NCBI GenBank assembly: GCA_024235875.1
Contig: JACKLP010000005.1
Location: forward strand, 26,155 to 90,154
Origin: Burkholderiaceae bacterium
Lineage (GTDB): Bacteria; Pseudomonadota; Gammaproteobacteria; Burkholderiales; Burkholderiaceae_E
Length of the DNA: 64,000 bases
Direction: 5' to 3'
Below the pieces are notes generated by a model, which saw nothing but the letters and a program-made list of their open reading frames with translations, was not told where the DNA came from and ran no database searches. Position numbers and translations under genes: made by a program. How positions within the stretch are numbered: the first letter of the stretch is position 1; each line of letters opens with the position of its first letter. Below, piece after piece: positions 1-10,310 of the stretch.

Positions 1-223
1 CTGCTTCTGGATGCGCAACACCTTGATTCCATTGTCGATCGCCTTTCTCGACGAGGATGGAACCGTGGTCAATATCGCGCGAATGATGCCGCGCAGCGAC
101 GACACCCATTGCGCGCAGCGGCCCGTGCGCCATGCCCTCGAGATGTCGCAGGGCTGGTTCGAGAAAAGGGGCGTTGCCCCGGGCGACCGGCTTCGCGCGC
201 CGGGTGTTTTCAGGGCTCGCTGA
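1..223 (+). CDS. DUF192 domain protein, 5' end cut by the window edge
   Basis: The frame is open from base 2 to the stop at 223. The C-terminal sequence IPLSIAFLDEDGTVVNI...RHALEMSQGWFEKRGV matches my memory of the DUF192 family. Confidence 0.6.
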   Translation, partial: CFWMRNTLIPLSIAFLDEDGTVVNIARMMPRSDDTHCAQRPVRHALEMSQGWFEKRGVAPGDRLRAPGVFRAR

Positions 224-261
224 GACGGCCTTGCGCGCCGTCGGGCGCCCGCCCGGAACTA

Positions 262-519
262 TCAGGAACGGCGCTTGCCGCCGAAACGCCCATAGAGCCA
301 CAACACGATGATCGCGCCGAAAATCGACGCAATGAAACCCGCCGTTGCGCCCGGGCGATAGAAGCCGAGCATCTGTCCGGCAAACGTCGCCACGACCGAG
401 CCGAGGAAACCGAGCAGCGCGGTGACGATGATGCCGCCACCCTGGCGGCCGGGCATCAGGAACTTGGCTATCGCGCCCACCACCAGGCCGATGAGCGCCG
501 TCGTCAGGAAGGACATCAT
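262..519 (-). CDS. GlsB/YeaQ/YmgE family (transglycosylase-associated) small membrane protein
   Basis: 85 aa with three Gly-rich hydrophobic helices (LIGLVVGAIAKFLMPGRQGGGIIVTALLGFLGSVVA...), typical of the family. Confidence 0.8.
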   Translation of the reverse strand: MMSFLTTALIGLVVGAIAKFLMPGRQGGGIIVTALLGFLGSVVATFAGQMLGFYRPGATAGFIASIFGAIIVLWLYGRFGGKRRS

Positions 520-614
520 GCCGCTGCTCCCGGTTCATTTTCGAGACGAGCCCGCTCGACCGGCATCCCGACGCCCTGGGCAACAGGCATCACGGCGCCG
601 GTCGGCCGGCGTGA

Positions 615-1193
615 TCAGGCGAAATTCGCTGCCGCGAATGCCCAGTTGACCAGCTTCCAGTAGCCCGCGAGGTAGTTCGGGCGGCTGTTGCGATAGTCGA
701 TGTAGTACGCGTGCTCCCAGACGTCGCAGGTGAGGATCGCCTTGTCGGCGCCGCTCAACGGCGTCGCCGCATTGCTGGTGTTGACGATATCCAGCGATCC
801 GTCGGACTTCTTCACGAGCCAGGTCCAACCCGAACCGAAGTTGCCTGCAGCCGACTTGTTGAACGCGTCGCGGAAGGCGTCGACCGAACCCCACTTGGCG
901 TTGATCGCATCCGCCAGCGCGCCGCTCGGGTCGCCGCCGCCATTCGGCGACAGGCTGTTCCAGTAGAAGGTGTGGTTCCAGACCTGAGCCGCGTTGTTGA
1001 AGACGCCGCCCGACGACTTGCGAACGATATCCTCGAGGCTGGCGTTCTCGAACTCGGTGCCCTTGATCAGGTTGTTCAGGTTCGTGACGTAGGTCTGATG
1101 ATGCTTGCCATAGTGGAACTCGAGCGTCTCCTTGGAGATCGTCGGCGCCAGCGCGTCCATCGCATACGGCAGTTCGGGAAGTTTGTGCTCCAT
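615..1193 (-). CDS. sodB: Fe superoxide dismutase
   Basis: [17 protein letters not shown]...EFHYGKHH...[11 protein letters not shown]...[13 protein letters not shown]. The AQxWNHTFYW motif indicates the Fe type. The ATG at 1193 was verified in the sequence. The listed ORF 615..1316 is an upstream extension. Confidence 0.95.
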   Translation of the reverse strand: MEHKLPELPYAMDALAPTISKETLEFHYGKHHQTYVTNLNNLIKGTEFENASLEDIVRKSSGGVFNNAAQVWNHTFYWNSLSPNGGGDPSGALADAINAKWGSVDAFRDAFNKSAAGNFGSGWTWLVKKSDGSLDIVNTSNAATPLSGADKAILTCDVWEHAYYIDYRNSRPNYLAGYWKLVNWAFAAANFA

Positions 1194-1312
1194 GATCTTG
1201 GCTACCTCGCGTGTTTGCTTGTCGGAAAGTCTGGGCTGAGTGTCGGCGAGTGGCTGAACCGTCGCACACGCCGGAACGAGAATTGTACGGCGAGCCAGTC
1301 GGCGGCAATGGT

Positions 1313-2719
1313 TCAACCTGGCTGACGAGCCGGCTTTTCCTGCGCCGGACCGTCATTCGGATCGTCGGTGGATTCGACCCGCGCCGACAGTTCGCCTCGC
1401 GCCAGCCTGACCGAGATCCGCTTGCCCGGCGTGGTCGCGCGAACATCCCGCAACAAGTGCCCATCCTCGCCGCGAACCAGCGCATACCCGCGATCCAGCA
1501 CGCCAACCGGGCTGACCAGTTCCAGTTTCGCCGCATTGGATTCCACTTGGGCCTGCCGCGCCGAAACATGCTTCGCCGCCGCGAGCCGAAGACGACGCGA
1601 CAGTCCATCGAGCCGCTCGGCGGACCGGGAAAGCTCCGGCACTCGCAATGCGCGGCGCATCGATTCGAGGCGGACCCGCCGGGACTCGATGGCCCGCCAC
1701 AGTGCGGAGCGCAAGGCGCCCGCCGACTCCCTTAGCGCAGACGCACGGATCGCAAGCTCGACCGACGGTGGCCGTAGCAGACGCGCTGCCGTATCGAGCC
1801 CTTGCTCGGTCTCGCGCAGATACCGGGAATGCGCACGTACCAGGCGTTGGGTGCGCAAGCGAAGCGCGTCGACGAGGTCCGATCGCGCCGGAGCCGCCAG
1901 CGTGGCCGCGGCGGTCGGCGTGGAGGCCCGAAGGTCCGCCACGAAGTCGGCGATGGTGACATCGGACTCGTGCCCGACGCCGGAGACGACCGGCAATACG
2001 GAACTTGCGATGGCACGTGCCACCCGCTCGTCATTGAACGCCCACAGGTCCTCGATGGACCCGCCGCCCCTGACGAGCAGCACCAGGTCGACCTCGGCCC
2101 GTCGATTGGCGGCCTCGAGCGCCGCGACGATCGCAGCCGGCGCCTCCACGCCCTGCACCGGCGTTGGATAGACGATCACATCGACTTGCGGCGAGCGCCG
2201 GGCGAGCGTGCTCAGGACGTCTCGCAACGCGGCCGCCCGCGTCGAACTCACGACGCCGATCCGCCACGGCAGCCGAGGAAGCGCCTGCTTTCGGTCATCA
2301 TCGAGCAAGCCTTCGGCCTGCAACTTGGCCTTCAGCCGGAGAAACTCCTGGTACAGGTCGCCGGCGCCGGCTTGGCGAAGCGTTTCGACGTTGAGCTGGA
2401 AGTCGCCACGGGCCTGGTAGAGCGTCACGAGCGCCAGCGCCTCGACACGATCGCCCTCGCGCGGCCTGAAGCCGATCGCCGCAGCGCGACTCCTGAACAT
2501 CACTGCGCGCACCTGTGCCGACGCGTCCTTCAGCGTGAAGTAACAGTGTCCAGACGCGGCCCGGACGAAGTTCGAGATCTCGCCGCTGACTCTCACCATC
2601 GGGAAGCTGCGTTCGAGCAGGTTCGCCACACTTCGATTCAGCTGGGAGACGCTCAACACCTCGGGCCGGGCCGAAACGCCCGCCAATCCTCGATCTTCTC
2701 GTCCCGACTCATGATTCAT
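1313..2719 (-). CDS. xseA: Exodeoxyribonuclease VII large subunit
   Basis: 468 aa with an N-terminal OB fold (VSGEISNF...GHCYFTLKD), a catalytic core and a long coiled-coil C-terminus. ATG at 2719. Confidence 0.95.
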   Translation of the reverse strand: MNHESGREDRGLAGVSARPEVLSVSQLNRSVANLLERSFPMVRVSGEISNFVRAASGHCYFTLKDASAQVRAVMFRSRAAAIGFRPREGDRVEALALVTLYQARGDFQLNVETLRQAGAGDLYQEFLRLKAKLQAEGLLDDDRKQALPRLPWRIGVVSSTRAAALRDVLSTLARRSPQVDVIVYPTPVQGVEAPAAIVAALEAANRRAEVDLVLLVRGGGSIEDLWAFNDERVARAIASSVLPVVSGVGHESDVTIADFVADLRASTPTAAATLAAPARSDLVDALRLRTQRLVRAHSRYLRETEQGLDTAARLLRPPSVELAIRASALRESAGALRSALWRAIESRRVRLESMRRALRVPELSRSAERLDGLSRRLRLAAAKHVSARQAQVESNAAKLELVSPVGVLDRGYALVRGEDGHLLRDVRATTPGKRISVRLARGELSARVESTDDPNDGPAQEKPARQPG

Positions 2720-3068
2720 GCGGTCATCCAGGGCTTTTGGCGTGTAATCGTGCGCCAGTGGCCGATTCGATCGCTACGCTGCCGTACACAGGTCGGCCGG
2801 GATTGGGCGTCGAGGCAAGGCGCGGGCAGATCCCGTGTCGAAATATTTGGCAACCCACCCCAGGATCAGGCAAGGCGTGGGTTTCCGGGCGGTGTCCCGT
2901 CGATCTCCACAGGATTATCCACAGGTTCTGGGGATTAGCCGCCGGCAGGGCGACAGACTCGGCACTCCCATGCCTGTCAACTTGCCCGACAGCGGCAAAG
3001 ACCGGACAATTCGCGCTCGCATCACGCCGCCCTGGCCGAGCGCCGCGCGCACCACGGAGAATTCGGAT

Positions 3069-3674
3069 TTGTTCTCGCTGATTCAAGCGGCCGGCTGGCC
3101 GATCTGGTTCCTGATCGTGGCCTCCTTCGTTGCGGTCGCCCTGATCGTCGAGCGCTTTCTTTCGCTGAAGCGGGACAAGATCCTGCCGCCCTCGCTGCTC
3201 GACGAGGTGTTGTCGCTTCATCGCAATCGCCAGATCTCGATGGACTTGCTTCGCAAGCTCTCGGCGAGCTCCCCGCTCGGCCGGGTCCTCGCCAGCGGCC
3301 TGCGACACGAGGCGGGCGGACGCGAACTGATGAAGGAGGCGATGGAGGAAACCGGCCGGGCGGTCGCGCATGAGCTCGAGCGCTATCTCAGCGCGATCGG
3401 AACGATCGCGTCGGCGGCGCCATTGATGGGCCTGTTCGGAACCGTGATCGGGATGATCGAGATCTTCGGATCGCAGGCGCCATCGGGTACCGACCCGCAA
3501 GCCCTGGCGCACGGCATCTCGGTCGCACTGTACAACACCGCCTTCGGCATTCTGATCGCGATCCCGACGCTGATCTCGTACCGGCACTTCCGCGCCCGGG
3601 TCGACGCCCTGCTGGTGGAGATGGAGCAGCAATCCCTGAGGCTCGTCGACACGGTCATGAGTGCGCGCCGATGA
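3069..3674 (+). CDS. exbB: MotA/TolQ/ExbB proton-channel protein
   Basis: The sequence FSLIQAAGWPIWFLIVASFVAVALIVERF... is a canonical ExbB/TolQ N-terminus. TTG at 3069 is preceded by GGAGA 7 nt upstream. Alternative starts are ATG 2970 and GTG 2835, so the start is uncertain and the stop is firm. Confidence 0.8.
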   Translation: MFSLIQAAGWPIWFLIVASFVAVALIVERFLSLKRDKILPPSLLDEVLSLHRNRQISMDLLRKLSASSPLGRVLASGLRHEAGGRELMKEAMEETGRAVAHELERYLSAIGTIASAAPLMGLFGTVIGMIEIFGSQAPSGTDPQALAHGISVALYNTAFGILIAIPTLISYRHFRARVDALLVEMEQQSLRLVDTVMSARR

Positions 3675-4090
3675 ACTTCAGGCGGGGCATGCGCCGCGAC
3701 GAGCCCGAGATCAACTTCATCCCGCTGATCGACGTTCTACTCGTCATCCTGATCTTCCTGATGGTCACGACGACCTACTCGAAGTTCACGGAACTGAAGA
3801 TCGATCTGCCGAGCGCGTCCGCGAAGCAGACGGTCGAACGCCCGGATGAAATCGTCGTCGGGGTCTCGGCCGAGGGCCGGTACCGGCTCGCGGGCACCGG
3901 GGCGCCGCTGTCCCAATCGGCGCTGATCGGAGAGCTTCGGCGTCGTGCCGACGGCAAGCGCGAACCGGTCCTGGTGATACATGCGGATGCCGGCGCATCG
4001 CACCAGGCGGTCGTCGACGTGCTGGACGCGGCCAGACAGGCGGGACTGGAGCGAGTGACTTTTGCGGCGCAAAGCGCCGGCTCGCGCTGA
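3671..4090 (+). CDS. exbD: ExbD/TolR biopolymer transport protein
   Basis: 139 aa. EINFIPLIDVLLVILIFLMV forms the single TM helix. There is a 4-nt overlap with the exbB stop. Confidence 0.85.
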   Translation: MNFRRGMRRDEPEINFIPLIDVLLVILIFLMVTTTYSKFTELKIDLPSASAKQTVERPDEIVVGVSAEGRYRLAGTGAPLSQSALIGELRRRADGKREPVLVIHADAGASHQAVVDVLDAARQAGLERVTFAAQSAGSR

Positions 4091-4106
4091 GCAACGTGTC
4101 GCGGCA

Positions 4107-5153
4107 ATGAAGTCCGGACCGCCCCCGATCGGGCGCGCGCGGCTCGAGGCCTTCGTTCGGAGGGCCTGGTTCGGTCGGACGCCGGGCGGGCTTGCGTCGT
4201 CGTTCTCTCTTCTCGCATCGCCCTTGTGCCTGATCACGGCGCTCGACGGCGCCAGGCGTCGGCGTCGGATCCGCGCTCTGGCGCCACCGCGCGTACCCGT
4301 GATCGTTGTCGGCAACCTCGTCGCGGGCGGCGCCGGCAAGACGCCGACGACGATCGCACTGGTTCGCGAACTGGCACGCCGCGGATGGTCCCCCGGCATC
4401 GTCGCTCGCGGCCATCGGGCACGCGACGCCGCTGCCCGCCTGGTCTCGCCGGAAACGGATCCGCGCGAGGGGGGCGACGAACCCGTGCTGATCGCGCGCG
4501 CGACCCATCGCCCCGTGGCAGCCGGGCGGCACCGTGGACAAGCGTTGGACTGCCTGCTCGATGCGCACCCGGACGTCGACGTCGTCGTCTCGGACGATGG
4601 CTTGCAGCACCCTCATCTGCCTCGAAGCATCGAACTCGTGCTTTTCGACGAGCGCGGCGCGGGAAACGGTCGCTTGCTGCCCGCGGGTCCGCTGCGCGAG
4701 CCACTGGCGCGAGCCGCCGGCGTCGACGCGATCATCGTCCCGGCGAACGTGAGCGCGCCGTTGTCGCATCCCCGGCTGTTTCATCGCCGGATCGAAATCG
4801 GTGGATTCACTGCGCTGGCCGATGGGCGAACGGTCTCGACCACCGACATGGCGGCCATGGTCGACGCCGATGCCGTCGCGCTTGCCGGTATCGCCGAGCC
4901 GGCCCGGTTCTTCGCGACGCTTCGCGGTCTCGGTATCCACGTGCGTGAACATCCATTGCCCGACCACGCTCCGATCGACCGCGCCTGGTTGCGCGACTTG
5001 TCGGCCCCGGTGATCCTGATGACCGAGAAGGACGCCGTAAAATGCAGCCCGACCACCGACGATCGCCTGTGGTCGCTGCAAGTACGGGTCGAACTCGATC
5101 CGGCATTCTTCGATTGGCTGGAGCCTTTGATTCGTGGACAACCGACTGCTTGA
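4107..5153 (+). CDS. lpxK: Tetraacyldisaccharide 4'-kinase
   Basis: P-loop VGNLVAGGAGKTPTTIAL plus a conserved C-terminal MTEKDAVKC. ATG 4107 was verified. Confidence 0.9.
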   Translation: MKSGPPPIGRARLEAFVRRAWFGRTPGGLASSFSLLASPLCLITALDGARRRRRIRALAPPRVPVIVVGNLVAGGAGKTPTTIALVRELARRGWSPGIVARGHRARDAAARLVSPETDPREGGDEPVLIARATHRPVAAGRHRGQALDCLLDAHPDVDVVVSDDGLQHPHLPRSIELVLFDERGAGNGRLLPAGPLREPLARAAGVDAIIVPANVSAPLSHPRLFHRRIEIGGFTALADGRTVSTTDMAAMVDADAVALAGIAEPARFFATLRGLGIHVREHPLPDHAPIDRAWLRDLSAPVILMTEKDAVKCSPTTDDRLWSLQVRVELDPAFFDWLEPLIRGQPTA

Positions 5154-5352
5154 GATCCTGGTGTGCCCGAACTGCAAGGGGAAGTTGCGCGTGCGCCGCG
5201 GACCGATCACGGAACTCGATCCGCCGGCCGAGGCCGAATTGATCTGCGATCACGATGGCATCGCCTTTCCGGTTCGGGACGACATTCCGGTCATGCTGCT
5301 CGACGAGGCTCGTCGCCTGGAGCCGGATTCGGGCGAGACCGAGGATGACTGA
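5134..5352 (+). CDS. Trm112/YcaR (UPF0434) family zinc-ribbon protein
   Basis: [18 protein letters not shown]...[19 protein letters not shown]. It sits in the classic lpxK-ycaR-kdsB position and overlaps both neighbours. Confidence 0.85.
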   Translation: MDNRLLEILVCPNCKGKLRVRRGPITELDPPAEAELICDHDGIAFPVRDDIPVMLLDEARRLEPDSGETEDD

Positions 5353-6145
5353 CCGGTCGGATCCGGGGGCAGGCACCGATTTCGTCGCGCTGATTCCCGC
5401 CCGGCTGGCTTCCGTCCGCCTGCCTGGCAAGCCGCTGGCCGACATCAACGGCAAGCCGATGGTGGTCAGGGTCGCGGAGCGCGCCCGTGCCTCCGGCGCG
5501 CGACTCGTGGCCGTGGCGACCGATTCCACCGAGATCGCGTCGGCCGTCGAGCAAGCCGGCTTCGCTGCGGTGCTGACCCGCGAGGACCACCCGTCCGGCA
5601 CGGACCGCCTGGCAGAAGCCGCCGATCGACTCGCCCTCGATGACCGGCAGATCGTCGTGAACGTCCAGGGTGACGAGCCACTCATTCCCCCGTCGCTGAT
5701 CCGCGATCTGGCCGCCCATCTCGCCGCTCGTCCGGATTGCGAGATCGCCACGGCGGCGCACCGGATCGACGATCCCGCCGAGTTCCTGAACCCGAACGTC
5801 GTCAAGCTGGTGCTCGATCGCGCGGGGCGCGCCCGATACTTCTCGCGCGCCCCGATCCCCTTCTCGCGCGATGCGGACGATGCGGCAAAACTGCAACATC
5901 ATCGGGACGCCGGCGCTGGTCCGTATCGGCACATCGGGATCTACGCCTATCGGTGCCGGGCGCTGCGACAGTATCCGGCGCTCGAGCGCTCCCCGCTCGA
6001 AAGACTCGAGTCGCTCGAGCAACTCCGCGCGCTGTGGAACGGCCTCGAAATCTCCGTGATGGTCGCGGCGACGGCGCCGCCGGCGGGGGTCGACACCCAG
6101 GCCGACCTCGAACGAGCACGCCGCAGCAACGCCAGCGGGTCATAG
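5345..6145 (+). CDS. kdsB: 3-deoxy-manno-octulosonate cytidylyltransferase (CMP-KDO synthetase)
   Basis: [28 protein letters not shown]...[12 protein letters not shown]...[13 protein letters not shown] 5345 was verified and overlaps the trm112 stop by 8 nt. Confidence 0.95.
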   Translation: MTDRSDPGAGTDFVALIPARLASVRLPGKPLADINGKPMVVRVAERARASGARLVAVATDSTEIASAVEQAGFAAVLTREDHPSGTDRLAEAADRLALDDRQIVVNVQGDEPLIPPSLIRDLAAHLAARPDCEIATAAHRIDDPAEFLNPNVVKLVLDRAGRARYFSRAPIPFSRDADDAAKLQHHRDAGAGPYRHIGIYAYRCRALRQYPALERSPLERLESLEQLRALWNGLEISVMVAATAPPAGVDTQADLERARRSNASGS

Positions 6146-6409
6146 ACCGAAAGGCCGGTGTAAGAAGCACGACGTACAATCCGTTGCGGCGGGTGGCGCC
6201 ATCACTGGGTATCGCCTCGGAATGCGTCGCGACACGGTCGTCGGCCTAAGCTCGATTGACCGGCCGTTTCGTTGACGCTACCCTTGCCGCGCATTTTCGA
6301 AACGGCGTTCGTTGGCCGCCGCAGGCGCTGGGCACTGCGGCGCGCATGTCGAGTTCCGCTACCGGCTGCGCCGCAGAACGACGTCCTTCTTCCCGATCCG
6401 GAACTCCAA

Positions 6410-7069
6410 ATGCGAGTAATACTTCTCGGCGCCCCGGGCGCCGGCAAAGGTACGCAGTCCGCCTACATCTGCCGCCAGTTCGGCATCCCGCAGATCTCTA
6501 CGGGCGACCTGCTGCGGTCGGCCGTTGCCGCCGGGTCCGGGTTGGGCCTGGCCGCCCGAAAGATGATGGACTCCGGCTCGCTCGTGTCGGACGAGATCAT
6601 CATCGACATCATTCGTGAACGACTCGGTCAACCCGATTGCGCCAACGGCTATCTGCTCGATGGCGTGCCGCGCACGATTCCTCAGGCAGAGGCGCTGCGG
6701 GCATCGGGTCTGGACGTCGACTTCGTGATCGAGATCGACGTCCCCGATGCCGAGATCATCACGCGCATGGCGGGCCGTCGAGTCCATCCGGGCAGCGGCC
6801 GCACCTATCACGTCACCTTCAACCCGCCCAAGGTCGCGGGAAAGGACGATGTGACCGGCGAAGATCTCGTGCAGCGTGGAGACGATAGCGAGAAGACCGT
6901 TCGCAAGCGACTGCGCATCTATCACGACCAGACCCGTGCGCTGGTCGACTACTACTCGAAGTGGGCTGCGACGGGTGACCCTCGTGCACCACTGTTCCGC
7001 CACGTTTCCGGAATGGGTTCCGTGGACGAGATCACGACCAGGGTGTTCCAAGCGCTGCAGCGCGACTGA
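6410..7069 (+). CDS. adk: Adenylate kinase
   Basis: [16 protein letters not shown]...ISTGDLLR...[15 protein letters not shown]...[16 protein letters not shown] 6410 was verified. Confidence 0.95.
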   Translation: MRVILLGAPGAGKGTQSAYICRQFGIPQISTGDLLRSAVAAGSGLGLAARKMMDSGSLVSDEIIIDIIRERLGQPDCANGYLLDGVPRTIPQAEALRASGLDVDFVIEIDVPDAEIITRMAGRRVHPGSGRTYHVTFNPPKVAGKDDVTGEDLVQRGDDSEKTVRKRLRIYHDQTRALVDYYSKWAATGDPRAPLFRHVSGMGSVDEITTRVFQALQRD

Positions 7070-7205
7070 ACCGTCGCAAACCCGCAACATCGGTCGAGTA
7101 GAATTCGGCAGCTTTCGCGCGCAAGAGAACGCGCGTCCGACCCGGTTCAAGCAAGCGTTTCTCTAGTTTCCGCAATCCAAGAAACAAGATCATCGGAGGT
7201 TGACC

Positions 7206-9281
7206 ATGAGTGGAGCCACAACGGCCGGTCTCTGGTTCGCATTGATTTGCGGGCTGGCGGCCGTCATCTACGGAATCGTCTCTAGCCGCTGGATTCTCGG
7301 TCTCGATGCCGGCAACCAGCGCATGCAGGAGATCGCTGGCGCGATTCAGCAAGGGGCCAAGGCCTACCTGAATCGGCAGTACAGCACGATCGGCCTGGTG
7401 GGCGTGGTCTTGTTCGTGGTCATCGGCTTCGTGCCGGGGCTGGGCTGGACTTCGGCCATCGGCTTTGCGATCGGCGCGATTCTGTCGGGAGCCGCGGGCT
7501 ACATCGGCATGAACGTCTCGGTACGGGCGAACGTGCGCACCGCCCAGGCGGCCACGCGTGGGCTGAACGACGCCCTCGCGGTGGCGTTCCGAGGCGGCGC
7601 GATCACCGGAATGCTGGTCGTGGGCCTCGGCCTGCTCGGCGTAGCCGGCTACTACGGTTTCCTCACCGCCGGTGGGGCGGTCACGGGTGCCAAGGTCCAT
7701 GAGGCCATCAAGCCGCTCGTGGGTCTCGCCTTCGGCTCGTCGCTGATCTCGATCTTTGCGCGACTGGGTGGCGGCATCTTCACCAAGGGCGCCGACGTGG
7801 GCGCCGACCTGGTCGGCAAGGTCGAGGCGGGCATCCCCGAAGACGATCCGCGCAACCCCGCGGTCATCGCGGACAACGTCGGCGACAACGTCGGCGACTG
7901 CGCCGGGATGGCGGCCGACCTCTTCGAGACCTATGCCGTGACGCTGATCGCGACCATGCTGCTGGGTTCGCTGATGATCAAGGGCGCGGAACTGCAGGCC
8001 GTCGTCTACCCGATGGCGCTCGGCGGGCTGTCGATCATCGCGTCGATCGTCGGCGCCATGTTCGTGAAGGCCAAGCCCGGCCAGACCAACGTCATGCCGG
8101 CGCTCTACAAGGGCCTGGTCTGGGCCGGCGGCCTGGCGACGGTGTTCTCGTATCCCGTCACGAACTGGATCTTCGGCGGCTCCGACCTGACCGGTGCCGG
8201 CACCTCCACGATGAATCTCTGGCTTTGCGTGGTGGTTGGAATGATCCTGACCGGACTGATCGTCTGGATCACCGAGTACTACACCGGTACCCAGTTCAAG
8301 CCGGTTCGGTACGTGGCATCGGCCTCCAACACGGGCCATGCGACCAACATCATCGCCGGCATCGCCGTGTCGATGAAGTCCACCGCCCTGCCCGTACTGT
8401 TCGTCTGCGCGGCGATCATCGCCGCGTACAAGCTCGGCGGCCTCTATGGCATCGCGATCGGCGCGACCTCGATGCTCTCGATGGCCGGCATCGTCGTGGC
8501 GCTCGACGCCTATGGCCCCATCACCGACAACGCCGGTGGCATTGCCGAGATGGCCGAACTGCCTGAGTCGGTGCGCAACATCACCGACCCGCTCGACGCG
8601 GTCGGCAACACGACCAAGGCGGTCACCAAGGGCTACGCGATCGGCTCCGCCGGTCTGGCCGCCCTGGTGCTGTTTGCCGACTACACGCACGCCCTCGAGG
8701 AGTACAAGCTCTCGACGGCGTTCGACCTGTCGAACCACATGGTCATCGTCGGGCTGTTCATCGGCGGCCTGATCCCGTTCCTGTTCGGCGCGATGGCGAT
8801 GGAAGCCGTGGGCCGTTCGGCGGGATCGGTAGTCGAGGAAGTCCGTCGGCAGTTCCGCGAGATCAAGGGCATCATGGAAGGCACGGCCAAGCCCGACTAT
8901 TCGCGCGCGGTCGACCTGCTCACCAGCGCCGCGATCAAGGAGATGATCGTTCCGTCGTTGCTGCCGGTGGTCGTGCCGATCGTGGTCGGCCTGGTCCTGG
9001 GGCACGTCGCACTCGGCGGCCTTCTGATGGGCACCATCGTGACGGGACTGTTCGTGGCGATCTCGATGTGTACGGGCGGCGGCGCCTGGGACAACGCCAA
9101 GAAATACATCGAGGAAGGCAATCACGGCGGCAAGGGCTCCGAGGCGCACAAGGCTTCGGTGACCGGAGACACCGTCGGCGACCCCTACAAGGACACGGCA
9201 GGCCCCGCGGTCAATCCGCTCATCAAGATCATCAACATCGTCGCACTGCTGCTGGTACCCGTCATGGGCGCCTTGCAGTGA
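7206..9281 (+). CDS. hppA: Membrane H+-translocating pyrophosphatase, K+-independent type
   Basis: About 690 aa, multi-TM, with the motifs [21 protein letters not shown] and [17 protein letters not shown], with Lys rather than Ala, marks the K+-independent class. GGAGG lies 7 nt before ATG 7206. Confidence 0.95.
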   Translation: MSGATTAGLWFALICGLAAVIYGIVSSRWILGLDAGNQRMQEIAGAIQQGAKAYLNRQYSTIGLVGVVLFVVIGFVPGLGWTSAIGFAIGAILSGAAGYIGMNVSVRANVRTAQAATRGLNDALAVAFRGGAITGMLVVGLGLLGVAGYYGFLTAGGAVTGAKVHEAIKPLVGLAFGSSLISIFARLGGGIFTKGADVGADLVGKVEAGIPEDDPRNPAVIADNVGDNVGDCAGMAADLFETYAVTLIATMLLGSLMIKGAELQAVVYPMALGGLSIIASIVGAMFVKAKPGQTNVMPALYKGLVWAGGLATVFSYPVTNWIFGGSDLTGAGTSTMNLWLCVVVGMILTGLIVWITEYYTGTQFKPVRYVASASNTGHATNIIAGIAVSMKSTALPVLFVCAAIIAAYKLGGLYGIAIGATSMLSMAGIVVALDAYGPITDNAGGIAEMAELPESVRNITDPLDAVGNTTKAVTKGYAIGSAGLAALVLFADYTHALEEYKLSTAFDLSNHMVIVGLFIGGLIPFLFGAMAMEAVGRSAGSVVEEVRRQFREIKGIMEGTAKPDYSRAVDLLTSAAIKEMIVPSLLPVVVPIVVGLVLGHVALGGLLMGTIVTGLFVAISMCTGGGAWDNAKKYIEEGNHGGKGSEAHKASVTGDTVGDPYKDTAGPAVNPLIKIINIVALLLVPVMGALQ

Positions 9282-9338
9282 GACCTGCTCACGCGATTCG
9301 ATGACCGGCTAGGCGCGTTCGAGCGCTGCCGTTCACAG

Positions 9339-9370
9339 ATGGGGCGCCCAATGGCGCCCCATCTTGCTTT
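9339..9370 (+). terminator. Rho-independent terminator downstream of hppA
   Basis: A perfect 10-bp stem ATGGGGCGCC/GGCGCCCCAT with loop CAAT is followed by the T-rich CTTGCTTT. Confidence 0.55.
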
Positions 9371-9447
9371 GGGTGCTCGCCTGGGCGAGTCGACCCCTGC
9401 CGTACAATCGCGGGCATCGACAGGCAACGGACACGGAGGTAAGCCAG

Positions 9448-10212
9448 ATGCGTTTCGAGAGCAGGGTTTTCATCGTCACGGGCGGTGCTTCCGGACTTGG
9501 CGCGGCAACGGCGCAGATGATCGCCGATGGCGGCGGCATGGTGGTTCTGGCGGATGTGAACGCTGAACTCGGCGAGGAATTCGCCACTCGCCTCGGCGCC
9601 GGTGCGCGCTTCGTGAAGTGCGACGTCACGTCGGAGGCCGACGCCGCCTCAGTGATCGATGCCGCGAAGGCGATGGGTACGCTGGGCGGTCTGGTCAATT
9701 GCGCTGGCATCGGCACCGCGGCCAAGACCGTGGGCAAGGACGGACCGCATCGGCTGGACGCCTTCACCCGCGTGATCAGCATCAATCTGATCGGTTCGTT
9801 CAACATGATCCGCCTGGCCGCCGCGGCAATGGTCGCGAACGAACCGAACGAGGACGGCGAGCGGGGCGTGATCGTCAACACGGCATCGGTGGCGGCCTTT
9901 GACGGACAGATCGGCCAGGCCGCCTATTCGGCGTCGAAGGGTGGCATCGTCGGCATGACGCTGCCGATCGCACGTGATCTCGCGCGGGACGGGATCCGGG
10001 TCGTGACGATCGCGCCTGGGCTGTTCCTGACGCCGCTGCTCAAGGGCTTGCCGCAGGAAGCCCAGGACTCGCTTGGTCGACAGGTTCCGTTCCCGCCGCG
10101 CCTGGGCCGTCCGGAAGAATACGCATCGATGGTGGGGCAGATCTTCGCGAACACGATGCTCAACGGCGAGACGATCCGACTCGATGGCGCAATCCGGATG
10201 GCGCCACGCTGA
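9448..10212 (+). CDS. Short-chain dehydrogenase/reductase, 3-hydroxyacyl-CoA dehydrogenase-like
   Basis: [12 protein letters not shown] cofactor motif and catalytic YSASKGG. ATG 9448 is preceded by GGAGG. Confidence 0.85.
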   Translation: MRFESRVFIVTGGASGLGAATAQMIADGGGMVVLADVNAELGEEFATRLGAGARFVKCDVTSEADAASVIDAAKAMGTLGGLVNCAGIGTAAKTVGKDGPHRLDAFTRVISINLIGSFNMIRLAAAAMVANEPNEDGERGVIVNTASVAAFDGQIGQAAYSASKGGIVGMTLPIARDLARDGIRVVTIAPGLFLTPLLKGLPQEAQDSLGRQVPFPPRLGRPEEYASMVGQIFANTMLNGETIRLDGAIRMAPR

Positions 10213-10310
10213 CCACCCCGCAACATCGCTCGGCCGTCGAATTGCACTGGCGGCTTCGTCGACATATGCGATCGGTCGATCGCGACCAGCGCCCCCTGGC
10301 AGACGCTCGC

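Noticed and set aside
2835-3068. N-terminal extension of exbB, and a TGGCA sequence near 2848 as a possible sigma-54 promoter.
   Set aside because: The extension is Arg/Pro-rich and absent from the ExbB/TolQ N-termini I know. The TGGCA has no TTGC element at the required spacing, so I do not call a sigma-54 promoter.
6146-6409. 265-nt gene-free spacer between kdsB and adk with several short hairpins (CCGTTTCG/CGAAACGG and GCCGCAG/CTGCGGC). I checked it for tRNA or sRNA.
   Set aside because: It has no cloverleaf-compatible arms and no T-run after the stems, and I recognise no motif. I cannot support an RNA gene without covariance or expression data.
7032-9149. 705 aa ORF antisense to hppA. 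Similar long ORFs: 535..1608, 22770..24050, 28226..30571, 43703..45100, 45315..46598, 46617..48035, 55467..57449, 57112..59295 and 59475..62354.
   Set aside because: All lie opposite or out of frame to genes with unambiguous family motifs. Their translations are Arg/Gly/Pro/His-rich low-complexity strings with no recognisable motifs. They are typical stop-codon-poor shadow frames of high-GC DNA.
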